Below, one piece after another: positions 6,778 through 13,064 of a DNA stretch of 15,907 nt. The stretch covers positions 1 through 15,907 of the forward strand of contig NC_014826.1 in the NCBI RefSeq assembly GCF_000179635.2, given 5' to 3'. The notes under the pieces were generated by a model. The model was not told the DNA's origin and did no database searches. It saw only the letters and a list, made by a program, of their open reading frames with translations. The translations under genes were made by a program, and so were the position numbers. The DNA is from Ruminococcus albus 7 = DSM 20455. Lineage in GTDB: Bacteria > Bacillota > Clostridia > Oscillospirales > Ruminococcaceae. Position 1 is the first letter of the stretch. Each line of letters begins with the position of its first letter.

Positions 6778-8079
6778 ATGACCACCGTTTCTTATTTAGT
6801 AATGCTTGCAAACATCCTGGAACAGCTTATGTTCGTCACGCTTGCAAGAACAATTTGTGATTTCAAATCATCGCGTATCAGATATCTAGGCTATTTTCTG
6901 CTCATACTCACTCTGCTACCCGTGCCTATTCTTATGAACAAACCCGATTTCTGCTCTAAGGAAATGGGTCTGATATTACAATTAATTTATGTTTTCGGAC
7001 GTATCCCCGCATACAGCGTATTATTCGAGGAATTCAGTCAGAGAGTTCTGTATATTTTCCTGCTGTCACAATGGCCGCCGCAGATATATCTGAATATTTG
7101 CAAGGCATTTATCAAAGATTATGAGCTCTGCAATCTTATCGCATTTTCTGCGGATATCCTTATTTTGTTCCTTATATTCATTTACATCAAAAGAAAAAAG
7201 ATAGAGTCCATGCTTCATCAGATCATCAAATCACTGCCCAAAAGACTTTATATAAACATACTTTTACTTTTATTTATTGCGGCAATATTTGTAATGGGCG
7301 AAACAAAACCCGATCATGAACATTATTATAAAAAATACATCCTGCCTTCCATGATGGGACTGATAGTTTTTTTATTTTCTATAGTAAAGATAAGTATATC
7401 CGAGATCGAAAAAAAGACAACGATAGATCTGCTGTCAAAGCAGGTGGAAAATGAAGTAAAGTACTATGAAAAGATAAACACCATTTATGGCGAATTCAGA
7501 AGCTTTCGGCATGATTTCAAAAATCATGTTATCTGTCTGAGGAGCCTTATCGAATCAAACGAAAAAGAAAATGCTCTTGAATACATAAACGAGATAGAAG
7601 GTCTTTCCTCTGTCGAGAAAAAGCAGTACAACACAGGAAATATAATCATTGACGCACTTTTGAATGATAAAAACGACAGAGCAGCGGCAATAAATACTAA
7701 AATAGTATTCTCCGGAATGGTCCCCACAACCGGTATAAGCAACGTTGATCTGTGTATAATAATGGCAAATGCCATAGATAATGCAATTGAAGCCTGCGCC
7801 AAGGACACCTCAGAAAAGCCCAAGGAGATAAATGCGGAAGCAAGCTTCAGGCAGGGATATTTTTTCTTTAAGATCACAAATCCTATTTATGAAGCTGTGG
7901 AAATAAAAAGCAACAATACTATTACGACTTCAAAGAGCGATAAGGATCGTCACGGCTTCGGTGTAACGAATATTCTCCGCACTGTCCAAAAATACGACGG
8001 TGAAGCCGAACTGTCTGCCGATGATAATAAGTTTACACTGGATCTGAACCTGGTATTGAAACCCGAAATCATAAAATGA
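6778..8079 (+). CDS. AgrC/ComD-type (HPK10) membrane sensor histidine kinase
   Basis: About 6 N-terminal TM helices. H-box FRSFRHDFKNH, N-box IIMANAIDNAIEA, G-box DRHGFGVTNI. The ATG lies 2 nt after the regulator's stop, with an AGGGGAG SD. Confidence 0.9.
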   Translation: MTTVSYLVMLANILEQLMFVTLARTICDFKSSRIRYLGYFLLILTLLPVPILMNKPDFCSKEMGLILQLIYVFGRIPAYSVLFEEFSQRVLYIFLLSQWPPQIYLNICKAFIKDYELCNLIAFSADILILFLIFIYIKRKKIESMLHQIIKSLPKRLYINILLLLFIAAIFVMGETKPDHEHYYKKYILPSMMGLIVFLFSIVKISISEIEKKTTIDLLSKQVENEVKYYEKINTIYGEFRSFRHDFKNHVICLRSLIESNEKENALEYINEIEGLSSVEKKQYNTGNIIIDALLNDKNDRAAAINTKIVFSGMVPTTGISNVDLCIIMANAIDNAIEACAKDTSEKPKEINAEASFRQGYFFFKITNPIYEAVEIKSNNTITTSKSDKDRHGFGVTNILRTVQKYDGEAELSADDNKFTLDLNLVLKPEIIK

Positions 8080-8105
8080 GATCAGAAAAAATCACAATAA
8101 ATACA

Positions 8106-8171
8106 TTTCACTCTGTTTATACTACCGTTCACTCTGTAATCATAGACTGCATCATACTGTAATGATACAAT
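8106..8171 (+). promoter_or_regulatory. P2: LytTR-type direct-repeat operator plus -10
   Basis: tTTCACTCTG (8106-8115), 11 nt, GTTCACTCTG (8127-8136), tAATCATAG, exactly 29 nt after the right repeat, TACAAT (8166-8171). Confidence 0.7.
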
Positions 8172-8278
8172 TTGTATGAAGGAATACTATCAAACTGTTT
8201 AGTAGTGAATAGTAAAAGCAATAAATGATTATAGCTGTTGCTATAATTTTAAAACGATATAAATGGTGGTGAAAATTA

Positions 8279-8740
8279 TTGCAATTTATCGAACACATAA
8301 ACATTTATGCTGAAAACCTTATAACATACACTGCGAGCATAAAAAAATCAGAGATATATAAAATAATCCAGCATATAAACGATAATCTTTCGGCACTGAA
8401 CATCAAAGTCGCAGGAAAATTCATTTTCACATTCAAAGAAGACAAAAATTCTGATGAAGTACAGCCTGTAGAGATACTTATCCCTGTAAAGGGTGAAATA
8501 GGATCCTCGGACAGCTACGGCAAGAAGCTTATATTCCGTCTCATCAACGCTGTTATGACAAAGCACGAGGGCAGCATCAACGATATTTCAGATTCAGAAC
8601 AAGCTCTAAAGGACTATATACAGAAAAATAATTATGAACCGATAACCAACACTTATTATGTAGTGATAAGAAACGGTGATACATTCGGTGCAGACTGTAT
8701 TTTTGAAATGTATATAGGTGTAAACTATAACTCGCTGTAA
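8279..8740 (+). CDS. GyrI-like (SbmC/AraC-effector-binding fold) small-molecule-binding protein
   Basis: 153 aa. TTG start with a GGTGGTGA SD. Two-repeat pattern with VEILIPVKGEI in the first half and a YYVVIRNGDTFGADCIFEMYIGV C-terminus, similar to SbmC ...FEVYLN...WDIEMYVAV. The family call is from remembered motif similarity only. Confidence 0.6.
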   Translation: MQFIEHINIYAENLITYTASIKKSEIYKIIQHINDNLSALNIKVAGKFIFTFKEDKNSDEVQPVEILIPVKGEIGSSDSYGKKLIFRLINAVMTKHEGSINDISDSEQALKDYIQKNNYEPITNTYYVVIRNGDTFGADCIFEMYIGVNYNSL

Positions 8741-8769
8741 AATGGCAGAAGCACGGTTTTGTGTTTGGC

Positions 8770-8812
8770 ATAACCCGTCACCCCTTACACTTTGTAAGGG
8801 GTGACGGGTTAT
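8770..8812. terminator. 20-bp perfect hairpin between convergent ORFs
   Basis: ATAACCCGTCACCCCTTACA-ctt-TGTAAGGGGTGACGGGTTAT. The T-run (TTT) is short, so efficiency is uncertain. Confidence 0.6.
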
Positions 8813-8817
8813 TTCAC

Positions 8818-8946
8818 TTATATATCGCTAAAGTGAACCTGACCTTCAAGTCGTTCTTCGGACTCAGGCTTAGGCTCTATACGCTTTTTCTTATAGATAA
8901 AAGCCCTGGTTTCGTCAACCATATCATCACAAATTACTATTTTCAT
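8818..8946 (-). pseudogene. 42-codon ORF whose first residues look like the start of a receiver domain (possible regulator remnant)
   Basis: MKIVICDDMVDETRAFIYKKKRIEPKPESEERLEGQVHFSDI. Compare MKIAICDDQMAM... of the regulator at 6062. AAGGTGA SD. The ORF runs straight into the 8770-8812 hairpin. The similarity covers only about 10-20 residues. Confidence 0.3.
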
Positions 8947-9038
8947 ATGATAAGATCACCTTGAAAAAACAATATAGCTATATAGCTGCCATCTGGAAGA
9001 AAGCTCGGTATAATGAGAGTTAAAGGGTGTTATATACC

Positions 9039-9104
9039 GTTTACTCTGAATTTAGTGATGTTTGCTCCATAATGATAGCCAGAACCGATAAGGTGATGTA
9101 TACT
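9039..9104 (+). promoter_or_regulatory. P3: LytTR-type direct-repeat operator plus -10
   Basis: gTTTACTCTG (9039-9048), 11 nt, GTTTGCTCCA (9060-9069), tAATGATAG, exactly 29 nt after the right repeat, TATACT (9099-9104). Confidence 0.7.
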
Positions 9105-9144
9105 AGCATCATCAGAAGAACACAAATGAAAGGAGCGATCAGTT

Positions 9145-9171
9145 ATGTGGCTTTGGCCCTGGTTACCATAA
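9145..9171 (+). CDS. Trp-rich 8-codon micro-ORF MWLWPWLP
   Basis: AAAGGAG (9129-9135) lies 9 nt upstream of ATG 9145. 3 of 8 codons are TGG, and it ends Pro-TAA. It sits about 34 nt downstream of the predicted P3 TSS. Translation is unproven. Confidence 0.3.
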   Translation: MWLWPWLP

Positions 9172-9437
9172 TACAAAATAACATAAATCACAATATCAGG
9201 CAGAAATGATTAATGTTTTGAAATCAATGATAATGTCATAAATACTATATCGTGTTTTTTAGTATCAATAGTAATCTCCTGATAAAACAGCGAAAAGAAA
9301 TTTATAATAAATTGCAAAAACAGTTTTCTTTGCGAATGCAATTGTATAATTTTTTTCTATACCGGTGTAGAATAACTTTTAACCGGGAAACTATATTAAC
9401 TTCTGATTTACTGAACGAAACATGAAGTAATTCCAAA

Positions 9438-9469
9438 CGATTATCTTCAGGTACATCTTCGGTTACTAC
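9438..9469. repeat. left arm of a 32-bp inverted repeat bracketing the precursor genes
   Basis: The reverse complement of 9438-9469 (GTAGTAACCGAAGATGTACCTGAAGATAATCG) matches 10297-10328 at 31/32. Weaker similarity continues about 20-25 bp on both sides. Confidence 0.8.
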
Positions 9470-9652
9470 AATACACAAATTATAAGCAGCTTTGATGTAT
9501 GCGAATACTAACCTTTGGTCTTTCGGATTTCCAGCTGGATCAGCTAACTGTTTGGCATGATATATGTCTGCTTCAGCTAATATGTGCTTTTTTACGGAAT
9601 ATTTCCTGACAATTCCAATGTTCGATCAAATTAGAATAAAGGAGTAAAAAAT

Positions 9653-9859
9653 ATGGAATTATTTGAATTAATGGCAGAAGAAGCATGGAGCTGGGGAGCA
9701 GCAATTTGTGGAGGAGTTTGTGGTCTTGGCGGAGCAGCAGGTTGTGCAGCAATCTGTGGAGTTGATGGTCCTATCCCTGTAGCAGATGCAAGTGCAATTA
9801 CAGCATCAGGTACAGCAGCAGGCGGACTTGGAGCTCTCGCAGCAGGTCTTGCATCATAA
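9653..9859 (+). CDS. RiPP precursor peptide, copy 1 (68 aa, Cys/Gly/Ala-rich)
   Basis: MELFELMAEEAWSWGAAICGGVCGLGGAAGCAAICGVDGPIPVADASAITASGTAAGGLGALAAGLAS. Strong AAAGGAG SD. Cys at 19, 23, 31 and 35. It lies immediately upstream of two rSAM/SPASM genes. Confidence 0.85.
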   Translation: MELFELMAEEAWSWGAAICGGVCGLGGAAGCAAICGVDGPIPVADASAITASGTAAGGLGALAAGLAS

Positions 9860-9897
9860 TTGAATTTACTGAAAATTATCACAAAGGAGTAAAAAAT

Positions 9898-10104
9898 ATG
9901 GAATTATTTGAATTAATGGCAGAAGAAGCATGGAGCTGGGGAGCAGCAATTTGTGGAGGAGTTTGTGGTCTTGGCGGAGCAGCAGGTTGTGCAGCAATCT
10001 GTGGAGTTGATGGTCCTATCCCTGTAGCAGATGCAAGTGCAATTACAGCATCAGGTACAGCAGCAGGCGGACTTGGAGCTCTCGCAGCAGGTCTTGCATC
10101 ATAA
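9898..10104 (+). CDS. RiPP precursor peptide, copy 2 (identical)
   Basis: Nucleotide-identical to 9653-9859, with the same SD. Confidence 0.85.
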   Translation: MELFELMAEEAWSWGAAICGGVCGLGGAAGCAAICGVDGPIPVADASAITASGTAAGGLGALAAGLAS

Positions 10105-10296
10105 TCAGTTTAGTACATAGAAATATTAAAAACATCAATATTAATCCGGATTGTCAAAGAAAGTGAAACTGGATATAGCATATACATGAAACAGCCATAT
10201 ATTGTGCTTATATGACATGACGGGTAAGCTGGATGAAATTTACGAAAATCTGAGACAGGATACCGCTTAATTATATCTGCTGATATTTTTAGTTTA

Positions 10297-10328
10297 GTAG
10301 TAACCGAAGATGTATCTGAAGATAATCG
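10297..10328. repeat. right arm of the 32-bp inverted repeat
   Basis: GTAGTAACCGAAGATGTATCTGAAGATAATCG, the partner of 9438-9469. Confidence 0.8.
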
Positions 10329-10397
10329 CTTTGACTTCTTCACTTTTGGTTTAATTTATCTGTAATTTTATATAATATATAACAAGGGAAAAATAAG

Positions 10398-11810
10398 ATG
10401 AATAATAATTGTAATATCTGTTTTAAATCTGACAGTAATAATGAATATGTCTTTGATTCTGATTCATCTGTTATTTTTGAAAAAAGTCAGTATGAGAAAA
10501 GAATCGACAAGATCAGTAAAATGAAAAAGACAAATCAAATTCAGAATAAAAGTTATGACAGTCATGACATTGAAGAATATATACTTAAGTACGGACTTGG
10601 TCAAATGGTTCTGGAAGTGACTAACCGCTGTAATTTCAGATGCGAGTACTGTATTTTTTCTGAGCATTATCAAGGACACAGTAAACTTGAAAATGAAAAT
10701 ATGACATTAGAAACAGCGATAAGGGCTATAGATATGTATATGGACCTTATTGAAAAAGGTAAGATATACAATCCAGAACGCACCCCTATAATAGGATTTT
10801 ATGGTGGAGAACCCCTTCTGAATTTTGATCTTGTAAAAAAATGTGTTGAATATGCCAAAGAGCGTTATAAAGGGAGAGTTTTATTTTCAATAACGTCTAA
10901 CGCGTATCTGCTGAATGACGAAGCAAGTAAATTTATGGCTGAAAATGATTTTATGCCGATATTCAGTCTGGATGGACCGCAAAAAATACATGATAGTAAT
11001 AGAAAACTTGCCGGTGGTAAAGGAACATTCGAAAGAGTGTATCAGAATATAAGAAATTATGCACGTGTCACTAACAGTATTCCTATGATAAATAGTGTAT
11101 ATGACTATAATACTGATATGGAAGAACTGATGGAGTTCTGGTCTGAACAGAATGAAATGGTGCTTCTGTCTCTTTCTCCGGTAAATCCTTACGATACAGA
11201 TTATTACAATAGTTTTGATGAGAAAACGGTAAAGACCTTTTTTGAAAAGAAACTGAAGCTCGAAAAGTACTTTCATGAACTGGTGGCTAAAAAAGATGAC
11301 CTGACTTCAAAGGAAAAAAGAGAACTTAATTTTTTAAATGTTTTTCTTGGAAAGCCCGCGTCTTCTGTTTATATGAAAGAAATGTTCAAAGATCCTTCAA
11401 GAAGTATAGTGAAGTGTACCGGAAGCTGTGTCCCAGGAGATAAGATGTTTGTTAATGTCCATGGTGATATATATCCATGTGAAAAAGTTGATAAAACAAT
11501 GATCATAGGTAATTTAAACAGTGGTCTTGATTATTCAGTTATATGCGGATATATGAAGGAATTTGAAGCTAAAATAACTTCAGGATGCAGTAACTGCAGT
11601 GTAAAAAACGTATGCAGTTTATGTTATCAGTCACTGCACTGTGAAAGCGGATTCTGCAAAAATGCACAAAGCTGCAATAATATGAGGAATAGTTATAAAG
11701 AACTCCTTTCAAGAGCTGTTTCACTGTCAGAAGAGAATCCTGCGTGGTTTTCAGATTTTACTACAAAATATTACAAAGAAATTAAAGAATTGGCTGTGGT
11801 GCTTAAATGA
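10398..11810 (+). CDS. radical SAM / SPASM-domain peptide maturase 1 (470 aa)
   Basis: CNFRCEYC (CX3CX2C) in VTNRCNFRCEYCIF. GGEPLL motif. C-terminal Cys cluster CTGSCVPGDKMFVNVHGDIYPC ... CSNCSVKNVCSLC ... C typical of SPASM auxiliary Fe-S domains. The ~70-aa N-terminus has no obvious wHTH. Confidence 0.85.
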   Translation: MNNNCNICFKSDSNNEYVFDSDSSVIFEKSQYEKRIDKISKMKKTNQIQNKSYDSHDIEEYILKYGLGQMVLEVTNRCNFRCEYCIFSEHYQGHSKLENENMTLETAIRAIDMYMDLIEKGKIYNPERTPIIGFYGGEPLLNFDLVKKCVEYAKERYKGRVLFSITSNAYLLNDEASKFMAENDFMPIFSLDGPQKIHDSNRKLAGGKGTFERVYQNIRNYARVTNSIPMINSVYDYNTDMEELMEFWSEQNEMVLLSLSPVNPYDTDYYNSFDEKTVKTFFEKKLKLEKYFHELVAKKDDLTSKEKRELNFLNVFLGKPASSVYMKEMFKDPSRSIVKCTGSCVPGDKMFVNVHGDIYPCEKVDKTMIIGNLNSGLDYSVICGYMKEFEAKITSGCSNCSVKNVCSLCYQSLHCESGFCKNAQSCNNMRNSYKELLSRAVSLSEENPAWFSDFTTKYYKEIKELAVVLK

Positions 11811-13048
11811 ATTATAAATATTTCAGATTATATGAGGAATGCTATCTTGTAAACGGAAAAGAGAAGTCGTGTATATATGATCTCTTCAATGAAAAGGTAT
11901 TTCATGTGGATGAAGACCTAAGAAAAATTCTTACCCTGACTGAAAACAATAAAAGTTTTGATGATGTCTGTCATGAACTGAATATTACTACGACATTTCT
12001 TGAAGAAAAACTTAAAGAAGCAGAAAAATTTCAGGTAGGAGGATTCTATGAGAAACCTCCTGCAATAGAAAAAGTTACGCTGCATCCTGACTGGAAAGAC
12101 AATCTTTTTTTCAAACTTCCTCCGCAAATTAACAGAGCTTTTCTGGAGCTTAGCAATGAGTGTGATAACAACTGCTTTTTCTGTGCATCCGATCGTTATT
12201 CACTTCGTTTCAGATGCATGGGGTGCGGAAAGGATCCTTCGTATAATAATATAACTATATCTGTAGAAAAATGGACAGAGTATATGAAACAGTTATATGC
12301 TCTAGGTGTTACAGAGCTGTACATTACAGGAGGAAATGTTTTTTTGGATGTTCCTAAGCTTAAAGCGGTTATATTATCAGCTAAAGAGATCGGATTCAGA
12401 TATATAAATGTTATATCAGGAAATCGTAATATCAACGCTTTACGACAGCTGGGTGAAGTAGCGAACGGCGTTAAATTTATTATACAGAGATATCTTGACG
12501 AAAATTATAAACAACTCATTGAAAGTGATGAAATCATACAAAATATTGATATCTTGGATAAATCAGAATACTGCTTCGTGTTTTTACTTGATTACTATAA
12601 TAAATCCCTTGTAAATGATATTGCTGCAACGGTCAAAAATAAAATTAAACAGAACAGTTTTTATTTTGATTATCTTTTGGATAATCAGAATCTCACGGAT
12701 ATACAGCTTAGAGAGATCAAGTTTACCAACAGTAAAATTAAACTAGATGATTTTTCAATCAAAGGTAAATATAATCCTTGCCTCAATTCAACCGTTACTA
12801 TCAAAGCTGATGGTATTATAACTACCTGTCCGGGATTGAAGGATTATCCGTTATCAAAAACCGGTGATCTCTATGAAGCGATAAAAAAAGATAATATCAC
12901 CAGATACTCTTCACTGGGTTGCAATGATATAGAACCTTGTAATAAATGTGAATATAGATATCTTTGCAGTGACTGCAGATATATCGAGATCAAAAATGGT
13001 GCACAGCTCAATCAGACCAGAATTTGTGATAAATGTATGGTGGGCTGA
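11807..13048 (+). CDS. radical SAM / SPASM-domain peptide maturase 2 with an N-terminal PqqD/RRE-like region (413 aa)
   Basis: ATGA overlap with the upstream stop. CDNNCFFC (CX3CX2C). C-terminal CLNSTVTIKADGIITTCPG ... CNKCEYRYLCSDC ... CDKC. The first ~100 aa (YLVNGKEKSCIYDLFNEKVFHVDEDLRKILTL...) resemble leader-binding RRE domains of sactisynthases. Confidence 0.8.
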   Translation: MNYKYFRLYEECYLVNGKEKSCIYDLFNEKVFHVDEDLRKILTLTENNKSFDDVCHELNITTTFLEEKLKEAEKFQVGGFYEKPPAIEKVTLHPDWKDNLFFKLPPQINRAFLELSNECDNNCFFCASDRYSLRFRCMGCGKDPSYNNITISVEKWTEYMKQLYALGVTELYITGGNVFLDVPKLKAVILSAKEIGFRYINVISGNRNINALRQLGEVANGVKFIIQRYLDENYKQLIESDEIIQNIDILDKSEYCFVFLLDYYNKSLVNDIAATVKNKIKQNSFYFDYLLDNQNLTDIQLREIKFTNSKIKLDDFSIKGKYNPCLNSTVTIKADGIITTCPGLKDYPLSKTGDLYEAIKKDNITRYSSLGCNDIEPCNKCEYRYLCSDCRYIEIKNGAQLNQTRICDKCMVG

Positions 13049-13064
13049 CAGAAATGAGGTACGT

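Larger units (their letters stand above)
9638..10105 (+). repeat. exact tandem duplication (2 x 223 bp, 245-bp period) carrying SD plus precursor gene
   Basis: 9638-9860 and 9883-10105 read identically by eye, including AAAGGAGTAAAAAAT-ATG and the TAA stop. Only the 22-bp linker is unique. Confidence 0.9.

Noticed and set aside
8761-9209. ORFs 8761-8964 (+) and 9027-9209 (+)
   Set aside because: The first reads through the 20-bp terminator hairpin. The second spans the P3 operator, the -10 box and the micro-ORF. Neither has an SD.
9300-9627. ~105-codon open frame on the minus strand (..IVRKYSVKKHILAEADIYHAKQLADPAGNPKDQRLVFAYIKAAYNLCIVVTEDVPEDNRLELL..)
   Set aside because: It has no ATG/GTG/TTG start giving more than ~57 aa and no SD. 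It is probably a decayed gene fragment. I mention it only because it contains the left inverted-repeat arm.
9632-9637. TAGAAT as the -10 for the precursor genes
   Set aside because: A TSS about 7 nt downstream would fall inside the SD (9639-9645). Transcription more plausibly comes from P3 at 9099-9104, through a long leader.
9653-9715. Double-glycine (GG/GA) leader processed by a C39 peptidase transporter
   Set aside because: The -4/-7/-12 hydrophobic pattern of GG leaders fits poorly, and no C39-domain ABC transporter is present in the window.
9631-9882. 83-aa minus-strand Ala/Pro-rich ORF over the precursor gene
   Set aside because: It is the reverse complement of the GC-rich Gly/Ala codons of the precursor. 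The plus-strand genes have strong SDs and are duplicated exactly as units.
10110-10343. 77-aa minus-strand ORF between the precursors and the maturase genes
   Set aside because: It has no SD and overlaps the right inverted-repeat arm, which in the other frame and strand matches the left-arm fragment. It looks like duplication debris.
10371-10376. TATAAT upstream of maturase 1 as an internal promoter
   Set aside because: There is no acceptable -35 at 16-18 bp and no LytTR repeats. It may be fortuitous in AT-rich DNA, so I left it uncalled.
12948-13064. Extended 5' start of the ABC ATPase ORF
   Set aside because: It overlaps the 3' end of maturase 2 in another frame. The canonical N-terminus MDNVIEFKNV with an SD begins at 13065.
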